A DNA stretch of 64,000 nucleotides from Trypanosoma brucei (GCA_000002445.1 CP000071.1:1056001-1120000); one strand, 5' to 3'; positions 51,346 through 62,880 are shown, numbered from the stretch's first letter. Notes: generated by a model not told the origin, from the sequence alone. Made by a program: numbers and translations.

Positions 51346-54300
51346 TCAGCGAGGTGACATTTTTTCCTTATCTCCTCCCTGTCGCATTCCACCATGTGGT
51401 GGTGTCCGTGGCGTTATGCTCGGTGACCTTCCAGTTGGGAGACTCGGGGGATTTTTCCCAACAATCACTAAAGGACTGCTGTTCAAATTTTTGTTGGTGC
51501 GAAGCGTCGGGCATCCGGTGGTGCCAGTTCCTCTCCGCGTCCCCACGTGCCGGCGAGGTGTCAAAGACCCGGCGCGACGGCACAAACCAACACGTCCATC
51601 CTGCACGCCGCCACCTCTTGGAGACGAGGTTGTATTGAGATGTTCTACTAATAGTGAATACCTCATTAATGCAGACCGCGTTCTTGCACAAAATTCACCA
51701 AAGTTCCACGCCCTACTCAATCTGCGCAGCGCGTTGGGTCGCCTAGGCGACCTATTCCGGCGCCGTAGATTGGCAGAAGCAACGGGTAGTGCAAACAACG
51801 ACCGCCCGTGCAAAGATCTATCGTCTTTCAAACCGTGTCCACTTCCGGAAAGTATAAACTGCGGAGAGCTGATGCATCCATCACGCCATTCCCGTGGCAT
51901 GCCCTCGCAGTTGATATCAAATAGTTCCTTCCTTAAATTTTCGCAGTGCATGCTGAAACGCCAGAAGTTGCGGTATATATTAACCAAACTTTCTGCCACA
52001 GCGGTCCCAGGTGCACCGGTATAATCGTCCCCTGTAGGACCTTGCCCATCATCCAGCCCTTCTCCTGGCTCGGTGTGCCCCTGCCGTTGAGTCCACCTAA
52101 AGGGTTGGAGATTTCTGCCGTACCTTACGCTGCTCTTTTTTGAACTCACGGACTGGCCCCATGGTGGTGGGGATACCGGTGCAGTGCTCTCCGTATCGCT
52201 CAAATGTGCCACATTCTGAACTGACTGACGTGGTTTAAACAGGGAGGACCGATCGAAGGAGGCGGACTCTGCGCCAACAAGGGCTTGCAGTTTCTCTTTC
52301 AATGCGCTCCCCGGAGCTTCCCCATCGTTCAACTGTTGGCCACAACCACCAGAAAAGGGGATCTCGGAGCGGTCCCCACCACAGGAGGGCAATCTATGCA
52401 GCGGCGGTAAGGTTACACGGTCCCGCAGGTTCCTTCCGAGCCTAGCAACTGGACCTTCACTGACTGCACCCTCGTACAGATCAATACCTGTGGATTTTGC
52501 ACTAAATAGGCCCCTACCACGAGTGTCATTGCCAACTGCACCACCAGTTGCCCTGTACATCGTATTTGTCAGCGGTGATCCAGCATTATTGTCAGCAAGT
52601 CCGCTCATTGACGACAATAGCCGCTCACTGAGCCGCAGAAGAAGCTTCGTGTCGAGAGCCATCGCAGGTTGCCCTTCATGACCAGCAACGCGGCTCTCCT
52701 GACCGGCTTCGACTGATCCAGCTGAACCATGTCGTGCCAAAGACTCCAAAGCAGCAACCTCAGATTGCAACATGGGTTGCAAAGCTGGGTAGCAGCAACA
52801 TAACGCTCTAAGGAAGTCTCCGAGGGCCTCGTGATGACTCAAGTAGTTGGCGCAAGACTGATCCCCCCCTGAGTCAGTTGTGCTTCCTGTCCCACAAAAG
52901 GGTCTGTCATCCGCAAAAACATGCTCGCGTTGGGAATGTCGTTGTTGTCGCTGCCAGAGATGCTCCGCAGGAGTTGGCAAACGTGTACCGAAGTCCTGCG
53001 ACCCGTTTGCGTCCCCTGCATGCAGCGTCCCTGGTCCGATGGGTGAAAGCCTTTTAGACCTCTCACTGGCACCTGATCCTCGAAGACTTGCGATACTAAC
53101 TTGCCACGAAGGGGAAATCCTCCCGAGTCCAGAGAGGGAAGTACCATCAACAACTAAGGACCCCTTGCTGCATGGACGCTGAAGCCGCGATCCACTCTGG
53201 GAAACTGGTCGCGACCAATCACCAGAGTTAACGGTGCCACTAGTCATGGACTGCCCCTTACCCTCGCAAGGGGAAGTGAGCCCATCGGAGAGAGTCAATT
53301 GTCCGCTCTCAGCTAACTTCAAGTTACTGGGGACGCGAAACCCTGTTTGATGAGTTGATTGAGCCTCACTATCATGTTCCCGGAATCTTATAGAATTCAC
53401 CCTCCTCAGTGGCATTATTTGCTTGTCACCTTTAGCAGCTGAAGAGCTTTCAGCGAAGTGAGTGGGTCGACTCCTTGCTGACATTGCTATCCTTTTGGGT
53501 GCTTCCGCCCAACTTTTCCGCCTCTCGCCAAGTCCATGCGCCGCTGAAGATGTTCGACTCCTATGTAGGGGCTCTGAACCCCTCGTGCCACATAACCCAC
53601 CACTAGCGAAACTACTTTTCCTACTCAGCGCCTTTTTCCCTTCCGGCACACCCTTAGTGGACGCACCACCAACGTCTTTCTCGCCCCGCCTATCAACGAA
53701 ACTTTTTTCCAACACGGACTCTCTTGCTCTATGCAACTCTCTTTGAAGCCTAGCGCATTTATCTGAGAGTTGTCCAACTCCCCAAGAAACTTTTGATGTG
53801 CTTTTTAAGAGGGCCTCATACTTTTCGTTGCATAGGGATTCCCCGTTATTCCGCGCCCCTTGAAGAAGCGTCTCAATCGCGGATATTTCACTTTGCAAGG
53901 CATCAGCCTTTGCGGCGCCCAGCGCATCAAATTGTGATGTCGCTGACTCGGTTGCTGACTCAAGTAAAAAATCATCGGCATCATCCTCTGCAGCAGGCAC
54001 ATCGTGGTATGACATTAGCGCTGACTCAAGTAACTGCACGTGATTCAAGCGTCTCCTGTTGGGACTGGTCATGGCAAGAGTAGGTTTCCTTAGACGGGAT
54101 TTTGACAATGCACCTTGTTTTCCATTTGGTGACTTCTTACCCAGCTTCCTCCTGGGACGAGGTCTGTCGAACATTACACCGTGAGTCCCGCCGTGCTCCC
54201 TTGCCACCTCCATCAAGCGTTCCTTCAACATGTGAATCTGTTGTTCCTTTTTAAGATAATTGGGTGTGTCGGGACTGTTTCCCTGGTCAGACGATGCGCT

Positions 54301-55806
54301 GGATGAACATTCCCACGGACTACGGACAAGCTCTTGAGCGGCATGCAAGCGCTCATTCTCTTCGGTGAGGGCTGTCAATGTCTGTTCGTACTCTTCTTGT
54401 TTTGTCAGCAGCTCCGAAAGCTCCCGTTGGTACGCGGCTATTGCGGCAGATTCCAACTCTTCCGTTTCATCCAACAGGGTATCCTCATACACTTCGTCAT
54501 CATCCCACACTGAGGAAAAGGTCCTAATGGTGTCCCCAAAGGAAGACTCAAGCCTTTTAGGTTTCGCGTGCGATGCCGTTTTGTCCAAGCGTTTCGATCT
54601 CAACGCAGGTCTCATGACGCTACCCACGAAATCTTTTGGAATCCCCGGTCTTTTGCGGCAGCCTCCCATACGTGAACTACAAACTGACTCATTGAATGCC
54701 ACTTTGCAACCTCTTAAAGGTGATCTCAGCGTTGCTGCTCCATCCGCCCGACCCCGTGGTGACGTGCAGCCAATCCGTGACCCCTGCTGTCTTTTATCAA
54801 GCATCAAAAAATCATCGGAGGGCTCCTCATCGTCATACTGGTCCAATGTACTACCAAATGCGGTTTTCATAATAGCGTAGTTGCCTCCGGACAACTGCTG
54901 ACCCATGTCTGCCTGCCACCTCCCAACAGCTGAGGTAAACATTTCAGTGAAGAACGCAACCACTTTGTGATCGAAACAGCGGCAGAGTGCCAAATCACAC
55001 CCGGCGTTGTACACCTCCTTCAACGTTGGGGCATGCTTTGGGAAAACAACCATTCCAGGGAGCCGGCTTTGATAGCCAGCATGCATCATAACTGTAATGG
55101 TGAGCATCATGTTAAACTGACTTTCCAGGGAACGCAGCTGACAAATGATGTCGGGTAACACCTCGTGCGTATACGCATCGATAATAACCAGATAGGGTAT
55201 TACTTCGCTCGAGAGAGAGGCAGAGGCAGTCTCGATGTTGCTCGTGGATTTCGAGGTCTCCCCTGTGTTATCCGTCGATAATTCGCACACGTCACTGTCG
55301 ATGTCACGTGAGAAAGCGAAAGTCGTGTCCTTACTCGTTATATTGCCTTCCTCCGACGAAACCTTCTGCGACTTTGTCTGGGGCTTTACCGAGGCTGCAG
55401 AATGTTGGGCCTCACGGAGGATTCTCTCGGCCTCCAGGGCTTCTTGCCTCAACGCCTCGGAAGCCTCAAAACTCGTCTGCGCCTCCAATACCCTCCAGCG
55501 ATGCATAGCTAAGTGAGAAGACATTATGGCAAGCGTAAGCACGTTGCCTGATAACACCACACACGTTGCTGTGGAACGCCGCGTCAATTTTCGCCGGGCG
55601 TTCACCAATGCATCCACCTGCATTATGCGCTCATCGGAATCTGAAATGCCGTATAACAGAACCTCCCCATCCAAGGTGCCCATAAGTGAATGCTCATAGC
55701 CTTTGCTAACCTGATTTGCGATGCGCCCGGTGTCTTCCACTCTCTTGCACAGCTGCTGTATGTACTCCAGACAAACATGTTCATCCGTACCCACTGACTC
55801 GCTCAT
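51346..55806 (-). CDS. large hypothetical protein, about 1486 aa from Met56 (longest ORF 51346..55971 is 1541 aa), Ser-rich with a coiled-coil segment
   Basis: 4.6-kb uninterrupted minus-strand ORF. The first 55 codons of the longest ORF read through a (TA)18 microsatellite (…KIHIYIYIYIYIYIL…), so I place the start at MSESVGTDEHVC (plus-strand cat at 55804-55806). Contains the coiled coil ESAAIAAYQRELSELLTKQEEYEQTLTALTEENERLHAAQEL. No named domain recognised. Confidence 0.65.
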   Translation of the reverse strand: MSESVGTDEHVCLEYIQQLCKRVEDTGRIANQVSKGYEHSLMGTLDGEVLLYGISDSDERIMQVDALVNARRKLTRRSTATCVVLSGNVLTLAIMSSHLAMHRWRVLEAQTSFEASEALRQEALEAERILREAQHSAASVKPQTKSQKVSSEEGNITSKDTTFAFSRDIDSDVCELSTDNTGETSKSTSNIETASASLSSEVIPYLVIIDAYTHEVLPDIICQLRSLESQFNMMLTITVMMHAGYQSRLPGMVVFPKHAPTLKEVYNAGCDLALCRCFDHKVVAFFTEMFTSAVGRWQADMGQQLSGGNYAIMKTAFGSTLDQYDDEEPSDDFLMLDKRQQGSRIGCTSPRGRADGAATLRSPLRGCKVAFNESVCSSRMGGCRKRPGIPKDFVGSVMRPALRSKRLDKTASHAKPKRLESSFGDTIRTFSSVWDDDEVYEDTLLDETEELESAAIAAYQRELSELLTKQEEYEQTLTALTEENERLHAAQELVRSPWECSSSASSDQGNSPDTPNYLKKEQQIHMLKERLMEVAREHGGTHGVMFDRPRPRRKLGKKSPNGKQGALSKSRLRKPTLAMTSPNRRRLNHVQLLESALMSYHDVPAAEDDADDFLLESATESATSQFDALGAAKADALQSEISAIETLLQGARNNGESLCNEKYEALLKSTSKVSWGVGQLSDKCARLQRELHRARESVLEKSFVDRRGEKDVGGASTKGVPEGKKALSRKSSFASGGLCGTRGSEPLHRSRTSSAAHGLGERRKSWAEAPKRIAMSARSRPTHFAESSSAAKGDKQIMPLRRVNSIRFREHDSEAQSTHQTGFRVPSNLKLAESGQLTLSDGLTSPCEGKGQSMTSGTVNSGDWSRPVSQSGSRLQRPCSKGSLVVDGTSLSGLGRISPSWQVSIASLRGSGASERSKRLSPIGPGTLHAGDANGSQDFGTRLPTPAEHLWQRQQRHSQREHVFADDRPFCGTGSTTDSGGDQSCANYLSHHEALGDFLRALCCCYPALQPMLQSEVAALESLARHGSAGSVEAGQESRVAGHEGQPAMALDTKLLLRLSERLLSSMSGLADNNAGSPLTNTMYRATGGAVGNDTRGRGLFSAKSTGIDLYEGAVSEGPVARLGRNLRDRVTLPPLHRLPSCGGDRSEIPFSGGCGQQLNDGEAPGSALKEKLQALVGAESASFDRSSLFKPRQSVQNVAHLSDTESTAPVSPPPWGQSVSSKKSSVRYGRNLQPFRWTQRQGHTEPGEGLDDGQGPTGDDYTGAPGTAVAESLVNIYRNFWRFSMHCENLRKELFDINCEGMPREWRDGCISSPQFILSGSGHGLKDDRSLHGRSLFALPVASANLRRRNRSPRRPNALRRLSRAWNFGEFCARTRSALMRYSLLVEHLNTTSSPRGGGVQDGRVGLCRRAGSLTPRRHVGTRRGTGTTGCPTLRTNKNLNSSPLVIVGKNPPSLPTGRSPSITPRTPPHGGMRQGGDKEKMSPR

Positions 55807-55824
55807 ATTTCCTACGGTACCACG

Positions 55825-55826
<2 letters not shown>

Positions 55827-55862
<36 letters not shown>
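55827..55862. repeat. (AT)18 microsatellite 21 nt upstream of the start codon of the 1486-aa hypothetical gene
   Basis: Perfect 36-nt dinucleotide run read directly from the sequence. Confidence 0.95.
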
Positions 55863-55866
<4 letters not shown>

Positions 55867-56355
55867 TTTTAACACCCACAAGAGGGAGAAGTTACAAGGT
55901 GACGCAGTGCAAAGCACCACGTCGATGTATTGCTGCGAACGACGGCACCTGAACTTGTCTCCAACAGGCAATGCAGCTCAATCGCGGGACAAAAGCCACA
56001 CGGTAGCGCAAGAACAGCTAAACAACCGTAGAATTTAGATGCGGAGAGAAATGTGCAAAGAAAAAAGAAGAGGTTAGAGCATAAACTAGCGTGGAAGCCA
56101 ACATTCACCAAACATAATGGCGGTACACCGTTCACAAGCGGTGTGGCACAGCAGGATAGAGAAAGGGGCACAAGAATATATGTAACCGAAAAGAGTGCAT
56201 TCGAAGAATTGGCAAGATGACGCGTCCCCTCTGTATCGCTGCTCGTCTCATGTAAATGAAACTAATTCCAAATGTGAGACGACGAACGGCCGAAGTAATG
56301 AGCGAAGCAACTCCGCTTACCCCTCCCCTCCTACTGGAATGTTAAAGATAACCAT

Positions 56356-58725
56356 TTACTGTTGCTCGCATGCCGGGATGCTGCGCAACCCATCGGATGC
56401 GTTCGTCTCATCCTTCGCGCCGTCCCCGTTGTCCGTAAGCCCCTTATTAAGCCACGCAGCGAGTGGCCCCACCGCGTTGTCGTCCTTTACGAACGCAAAA
56501 CATGCGCCGCGAGGAGCAGCTCCTCCTGCAGGGGCAGAAGCTGCGTCCTCACCGCACTTTTTGCTTTTGTTCGTGTCGTTTGAAGAACCGGCGACCACGA
56601 CGACTATGAGGCTGTTGTGCGGCGCTGCTTGAACAACTTGCATGACGTGGCGATTGGTTTCATCAACTCGTTCCCTCTGCAGTTCCTCCCATGACGGGGT
56701 TTCCTCGTTCGCTACCTCAGCGTTTTTTGGCACAACGGTCTGGGTGAGTTGCACCCACGTCAAGGCATATGAAACTGCTACGTCATCACCTGCATCTTTT
56801 GGTGCATTACGACGCTTCTCTAAGCACCGTACTGCTTTCCGTACCGCGTCACCGTCGTGCCGTACGGGTACCGCATTAACTGCCACTCCCCCTTTACCCC
56901 TATTGTTAGGAACGATATCGCTAAGAACGCAGGCGTCGTCAAACAGGTTTAACTCAACGGAAATAGGTGAATTTACAGTGGGAGGACCACCCTGTCGCTC
57001 GTCACTGGCCTCCCCAGTCACTGACACCTCCTCCATAAGCTTCAATACGTTTACTCTCGTGTGCAGCCCGAAGTCCGGGCCATGCTGCATCTTTAGGTAC
57101 ACCAGCTCCGCACTGGTACAAGCATCTATCTCACTGTCGTGTGAGCCCTGTTGAATGCTTTTCTTTAGGTATCGCAAAGCAAGGTACCTTAAAGAGTTTT
57201 TACAGGGTAGCCCGCTCGGGTGCGGAAACAAATGAGCGGTGTCCAACAGCCAGCAGTTTGGCAGCATTTTACATGCACGCAAGTCGTTTTCAAGGCTATG
57301 ACCAACAAGAAAGGCGTCCTTTGTGACGTACCGCTTGAGTTTCTGCTGACAGTCCTTCAACGTGGTAGTCACGCCCTCGAGCATACCACTGTCGATGCCA
57401 CTAAATCGTGTAACGTAGTCAACCACTTCTTCGTCTGGCTTCACCAAAGTGTCCACAACGACACTGGACGCACGCACATCAACAAGCGTGACGCGTGCCA
57501 GGGCACTCACATTGTTTTTTACGAGTACCATTTCACAGTCAAGGGCGAAAACGTTCGGAAGTGAGTTTTTTGTTTTGTCTGCACAATTTGCATCCGCTGC
57601 ACTGCCGACTGCATCAAAAGATTCCCATGTAGACGGCTCATCATGGTCCGGTACCCCCACGGCAAAGCCTAAAGCTTCTAAAGTCGCTTTATCTCTCTCA
57701 AGAGAAAGCGCGTACTTTAAAAGCAGATCTCGGTCATCCCACAACGACGGTCCTCCGCCAGGTGGTGATGATAACACCTTCAAAGACTCAAGGGGCGTTG
57801 GGAGTTTGTCGTCACTCTGAGCGCTACTGGTGTTTGACGTGCCATTAGCTATTGTTAGTGCCCGATTAAAAAGCGCTCCCACCCCTCTGGGTGCAGATGA
57901 ATCGGTTCCGCTACTTCTATTCTCTCCCTTAGTTGCAGCCGCACGGGCGCCATTGCTCTGCTGTTCACCTTCCTGTGAGTGCTGCCCTCCCACTGGTGTT
58001 GCGGGTTTGCCGCCTCGCCAAAATATATCCCGCTCGACTCTCGAGTTACCCTCTTGCACAATCATAGGTGCGAACTGCACGCCGCATTCCGGTCGGGCCC
58101 AGCACTGCTGTTGGCGTATTGGGCACAACATTGCCCGACCAATGCTCTCTGAACATTGTCTTTCCACCGTATTTCGTTGTGTCGCACCCTTTTCGTCATT
58201 ACCTTCTCGTGGCCGCTTTCCGTTCTTTCCTTTTAACGAGGACTTGTTGCCCTGTGCTCCGTTGGCTGTGTTTTGGATTGCGGGAGCAGCGGTTGCGCCC
58301 AGTAGCATTTCATCGTGTGTCCACCCATTCACGTATAAGACAACAACATCGCGGAGTTTCGATCTGTTCTTGACGAAAATTACACGCGGGCCTTCAACGA
58401 GCGGTACCGGTGATGGTACTGACCACAACAGCAGTGTGCCAATATCACGAGGATAAAAACAGCCACCGCGCCGCTTTTCTGCGGCGGGTTGGAAGTAAAT
58501 CTCCACAGTGCTGAAGTGCTCGGTGATAGCAGCAGCAACGCCCTTTTCCCCATCCTTTTCTCCTTCTTGTGACTGCAGTGGTTGTGCTTCCGAAGTGTTT
58601 GGCTCACCTGCAGCGTTCATCACACCTTCAACAGGTGCTTCGCGAGCACCCTCATTACTTCCCGTTGTTGCATCTGGCCCCCCTGGTCGCTTTACTGTGG
58701 AAGCTGAACACTTTCGGCGTCCCAT
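56356..58725 (-). CDS. DEDDh-family 3'-5' RNA exonuclease (REX1/REXO1-like), 789 aa
   Basis: Exo I motif VFALDCEMV, Exo II about 90 aa later, and Exo III GHSLENDLRACKM with the H-x4-D of the DEDDh subclass, in the C-terminal third. The N-terminal two thirds are low-complexity and basic. Confidence 0.8.
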   Translation of the reverse strand: MGRRKCSASTVKRPGGPDATTGSNEGAREAPVEGVMNAAGEPNTSEAQPLQSQEGEKDGEKGVAAAITEHFSTVEIYFQPAAEKRRGGCFYPRDIGTLLLWSVPSPVPLVEGPRVIFVKNRSKLRDVVVLYVNGWTHDEMLLGATAAPAIQNTANGAQGNKSSLKGKNGKRPREGNDEKGATQRNTVERQCSESIGRAMLCPIRQQQCWARPECGVQFAPMIVQEGNSRVERDIFWRGGKPATPVGGQHSQEGEQQSNGARAAATKGENRSSGTDSSAPRGVGALFNRALTIANGTSNTSSAQSDDKLPTPLESLKVLSSPPGGGPSLWDDRDLLLKYALSLERDKATLEALGFAVGVPDHDEPSTWESFDAVGSAADANCADKTKNSLPNVFALDCEMVLVKNNVSALARVTLVDVRASSVVVDTLVKPDEEVVDYVTRFSGIDSGMLEGVTTTLKDCQQKLKRYVTKDAFLVGHSLENDLRACKMLPNCWLLDTAHLFPHPSGLPCKNSLRYLALRYLKKSIQQGSHDSEIDACTSAELVYLKMQHGPDFGLHTRVNVLKLMEEVSVTGEASDERQGGPPTVNSPISVELNLFDDACVLSDIVPNNRGKGGVAVNAVPVRHDGDAVRKAVRCLEKRRNAPKDAGDDVAVSYALTWVQLTQTVVPKNAEVANEETPSWEELQRERVDETNRHVMQVVQAAPHNSLIVVVVAGSSNDTNKSKKCGEDAASAPAGGAAPRGACFAFVKDDNAVGPLAAWLNKGLTDNGDGAKDETNASDGLRSIPACEQQ

Positions 58726-59379
58726 GAAGTCCTTTCCCTTCGTTACTCTCCTTTGATGTATGAACCGCTACTTGATGATGGATAGTGCTCGGATCGGTAC
58801 CAACAACTGCCACAGGAGCAGTGATAGCTTACGGTGTTGTGATACTTAAAAAAAAAAAAAACAAGCGATCTCGACACAACGCAACTTCTCCACAGGTGGC
58901 TCACTTTTTTTTTGTTGTTGTTGTGCGTACAAACGCAATCAGGTGAGAAAAAGGGATGCTTCTAAGGCTAGGGAGTTCTTTTACTTCCAGTGTCCTTTCC
59001 CGCCGTGCGTAATGCCCTGTGTGTATACGTCAATGAATAGCAACAACAGCAACAAAAGACAGAGAGGTATCAAGGATAAAAGAGCTGCACCACCAAAGTG
59101 AAGGATAACAAAGCACCACCACGAAACAGTTGCGACAACCCACTGGCAACACGAAAAGATTTGAAGTGCAAAAAAGAAAAAAAATGAAGTTCGAAGGCAT
59201 TCAAAGGAAAGCATCGTTTTTTTTCTTTTCTTCTTCAGAGTTCTCTCAAGGAGGGGGGAAAAAACCACGAAGGCGGTAAGGAAACGATTGTAATTGTAAG
59301 AAGAAACTTAGAAAGTTATAAAACGCTGTTTGGATAAAGCAAAACGGAAATTATCCGCCCTTATATAGCATTCGGCCGA

Positions 59380-60474
59380 TCAGATAGTCAGTGGGTTTCG
59401 CCACTGCGCACCACCGGGATTTTCTCCTGCTGGTGACTTACTGCGGCGTTCCCCGAGTTGTGGGGCCTCCGAGTCCGGGGCTCGACGTTCGCTTTTGGAA
59501 GCAGCCCGCTTTCCTGACGCACGGGACCGCTTGCTGTTGTTCCTCTTTTTCTCCTTATCAGCCTTCTTATTCTTCTTTTTATCTTTACTTGAAGACTTCA
59601 TGGAGGAGCTTCCTTTGGATGAGCTCCGACGGAGCGAGTCGTGGCGGCTTACATTGCTACTACCGGCAGCATCCTCGTTAAGAAAGAGGGAACCCTTTTC
59701 ATCTCCTCTCCTCCTCCTAGAAATCGCGCCGAGGCCAGCCACAATACTATACATCCAAAGCTGCTCGATGCGTGTCATAAGCAACACTAACACTATTGCT
59801 CCAAACATCCAGCCGCAGTCCGCCGCGGTTATAAAAATGTTGGAATCGATGCCAGTAAAAAAAGCCATAGACTCGTAGTAGTACATAACGGGGAGTGGGG
59901 GTCCTTTCGCCATGTCATAAGCGGCGTAAAGTGTGTAACTGACTCCAGAGGCTGAGTTGGTCATTTCACCCCCTTTACCTGCTTTCTGCGCTACATAGGC
60001 AAGAAGATGTTGTGCTGCCCACCCTGGCATAGATACAACTGCTGCCACGTAAAATTTTCCGGATCGAATACTACTATTTACCAGTCCCTCAGATGAAAAG
60101 GAACTTGTGCCCCGGCGAAACTTAAACAAACCGCTACTATTCTTATGACCGAACAGCCGGTCCAATCCCCTTTCAATATCACCGCTGGACAACGGGTACG
60201 TGTTGCCCCTCTTTTTCCCTGATTTGGTTGTGAGCCATAACTCAACATCCACGACATCAATGGCTGTGTAGAGGCAGTTGGGGAGAAGATAATCGCCAAA
60301 ACAAACACATTGGCACCGCGGGTTCTCCCTCTCCACCACGCCGTAATGGCAATCACATGTTGGCTGGGCATAAGGTCTGGGAGGTGAGAATACGAAGCCA
60401 ACGAGGCACACCATGCAAATAGCCTGAACAACAAAACAAATTTGTAGGCGTTTACCGCCACAGCATGCTTTCAT
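59380..60474 (-). CDS. type-I membrane protein, hypothetical, 364 aa: signal peptide, Cys-rich ectodomain, one TM, Ser/Lys-rich cytoplasmic tail
   Basis: N-terminal MKACCGGKRLQICFVVQAICMVCLVGFVFS (signal/anchor); CDCHYGVVERENPRCQCVCFGDYLLPNC; TM WMFGAIVLVLLMTRIEQLWMYSIVAGLGAI followed by RRRR stop-transfer; tail SSSKGSSSMKSSSKDKKKNKKADKEKKRNNSKRSRASGKRAASKSERR. Confidence 0.55.
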   Translation of the reverse strand: MKACCGGKRLQICFVVQAICMVCLVGFVFSPPRPYAQPTCDCHYGVVERENPRCQCVCFGDYLLPNCLYTAIDVVDVELWLTTKSGKKRGNTYPLSSGDIERGLDRLFGHKNSSGLFKFRRGTSSFSSEGLVNSSIRSGKFYVAAVVSMPGWAAQHLLAYVAQKAGKGGEMTNSASGVSYTLYAAYDMAKGPPLPVMYYYESMAFFTGIDSNIFITAADCGWMFGAIVLVLLMTRIEQLWMYSIVAGLGAISRRRRGDEKGSLFLNEDAAGSSNVSRHDSLRRSSSKGSSSMKSSSKDKKKNKKADKEKKRNNSKRSRASGKRAASKSERRAPDSEAPQLGERRSKSPAGENPGGAQWRNPLTI

Positions 60475-60914
60475 CTAAATTAGTGACTGGTTGCCTCCTA
60501 ACTATCTAAATGCTTCCTTGATCCCACCGTGTCACTATTTGATCTCCTTTTCGTCTCGTCTTTAAGAGAATATCCTTTTCGTTGGTTTGTGGCTCCTTGT
60601 GCGTTTGTCTTTTTAGCTCTCCACCCCTTCCCTGCCTTCACCTTAAAAAAAAAAAACTTTCCGCAATGCGGGCCGCTTTTTGTTTTTGTTGTTGTCTCTG
60701 CCCTGTAATGGCGTTTTCCTGCAGCTGACTGTTTTCCTGCGGCGCCAGGGTTAACAATAATAAAGGAAACAAGGACAGACGGCAACGGGGGAACCTTCAA
60801 GGATACGGATGAAAGTTATAAGTAAAAAGGGGGGAAAAGAGGGGAGTTGAAATGAAAAAAAAAACAAATACAATTACAAATCCGGAAGCACAACTGCACA
60901 CCCACACCCACACC

Positions 60915-60947
<33 letters not shown>

Positions 60948-61902
60948 GAGGCGGTGGAATTTCATCAAAGGAACGCAGGGAGAGGGAACAGAAACGACTG
61001 AGACGACAAACATCAATCTCAACCTCTTTCAAAGCAAAGCAGACATTATCCTCTGCTATTCGTAAGTAAGTGCAAATGTACTTCCTTCCATCACCCCAAG
61101 GGGGAAAAAAAACAATCTATTCCCCTTCTTTTCCTGTAGTCTTACATCCTCTTTTCCTTTTTTTTTTTGCATACGCTGAATGCACACCAGATAATCGAGG
61201 GAGTAAAGGTATGAGGGGGAGGTGGAGTATGACCACCTCTTTGTTTCCCCCCTCTCTGTCTTTTTTACTTCAAGAATATTTATAAAACAACATTTAAATA
61301 TATATATATATATATGAGGCGGTGGGAGACGTAATGCTGTTGGCTCGATCAAAGCAATACCAGCTGTCGTAACTGTCATCGTAATTGCGTGGCTCAAACC
61401 CTAAAACAATTTATTTTTCCTTCCCCTCCCCCCCTCCTTAAGGATAATTTGTTGGATAAATTTAATGCGCACACGCCCTCTGCGGTTTGTAAAGGAGCAT
61501 TCGAGACACCTTTTAATATTGCAGAAATAGTGGTTGCATCGTGAAGCAATCATAGAAGAGGAATGGGGTGGGAGGGGGAAAAAAAGCAAGAAAAAAAAGT
61601 AAATTCGTGGGTCAAAGCTAATGAGGAGAGAAAGCAAAGAGATAAAGGTATAAAAATGTTGGGAAAAGTAGAAATAAAGGAGTGAGTGGAAGATCCCTCC
61701 TCTTCCTTCCTTCTTTTTTTGTTTTTTTTTGTCAAAGAAGAAAAAAAACTTAATTAGTGAGCGCTTACGCTAACGCAATCAGTGCTAAAATCCCAACCAT
61801 ATCCCTAAAACCATATATACACTCACCACCACCAGAAACCCCCCCCTCCTCCCCAATTGAGCAACCAAAGCAAACTTCCAAAGCCCACACTGTGGAGGGA
61901 GT

Positions 61903-62289
61903 TTAACTCTTATTAGCTATTACCTGTCCAACTATATTCATAATACTAAGCACGATCATAAATACACCAATAATGCAACTCGCCACTTCCTCCCCCAGCA
62001 GCAAACCACCCATGAATAAATAAAGAAAAGCACGGCCAACATATGATAGGAGAAACTTTACCATTTCATTGTGTTCCATCATTCCCAATTCAGCCGACGG
62101 CATGATCACAGCAAAGAAAGTCACATATAAGCGCGCTATGAAAACGCGGGCTGCGTCAATATTCTCCACGGTATACCACATAACTTTGTATAATGTCATT
62201 GTACCACTGGCAGCGGCACCAACAATACCCATAATCATCAATGCCAGTTGGAAACTATTTTTGCCGCTCATAGGTTGCAAGTCACTCAT
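61903..62289 (-). CDS. small polytopic membrane protein, hypothetical, 128 aa (about 4 predicted TM helices)
   Basis: ORF in the same orientation as its neighbours. Hydrophobic segments LALMIMGIVGAAASGTMTL, VTFFAVIMPSAELGMM, AFLYLFMGGLLLG, CIIGVFMIVLSIMNIVGQVI. Size and topology resemble small Golgi/ER tetraspan proteins, but I recognise no family. Confidence 0.5.
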   Translation of the reverse strand: MSDLQPMSGKNSFQLALMIMGIVGAAASGTMTLYKVMWYTVENIDAARVFIARLYVTFFAVIMPSAELGMMEHNEMVKFLLSYVGRAFLYLFMGGLLLGEEVASCIIGVFMIVLSIMNIVGQVIANKS

Positions 62290-62464
62290 TTTAACTCAGC
62301 CACAGTTGGTATGCACAATATTTTGTCCCTTGTGTGATGTCACGCTCTTAATACCCCTTTTCTTTTTTCTTTTTTCTTTATTATTATTATTTATTTATTT
62401 TTTTTTTCCAATCAAATGGTTCTCTTGTTTTTTCAGAAAAAAAAAATCCAATTCCTCACTGGTC

Positions 62465-62467
<3 letters not shown>

Positions 62468-62501
<34 letters not shown>
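62468..62501. repeat. (TA)17 microsatellite between the small TM gene and the PCD-like gene
   Basis: Perfect 34-nt run. Confidence 0.95.
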
Positions 62502-62502
<1 letters not shown>

Positions 62503-62880
62503 GCGCACCTATTAATATTAATTTATTTAAATTCACTTATGGATAAATGAGTTATTCAGAGGACACGGTTTTTCTTCTTCTGTGTGCCTGTTGGTCGTTT
62601 ATGTCACCACACTAACTATTTTTTTTTAGTGGTTGTTGGCTTTTTTATTCTATATTTTAAAAATTCTAATGTTTGTTAATTTCATCCAAAAAAAGAAGTT
62701 AAATTAAACAAATAAGGAAACACAGTACAAAAAAAAACAAAAAATAACATTCATGGAAGAGAAACGAGCAAATAACAATAGTAATGGCAATAGAAGTGTG
62801 AATATAACATTCATCCAAAACACAGACACCACGCAATCAACTGAGAAAAAAAAAGGGAAGAAACTCGTGCAAATGAATAC

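Noticed and set aside
60078-60461. 127-aa minus ORF overlapping the type-I membrane protein gene in another frame
   Set aside because: Fully contained within the longer 364-aa ORF that has a coherent signal-peptide/TM/tail architecture. The shorter frame has none.
62069-62515. 148-aa plus-strand ORF
   Set aside because: Antisense to the small 4-TM gene and running into the (TA)17 microsatellite. Hydrophobic mirror-image translation.
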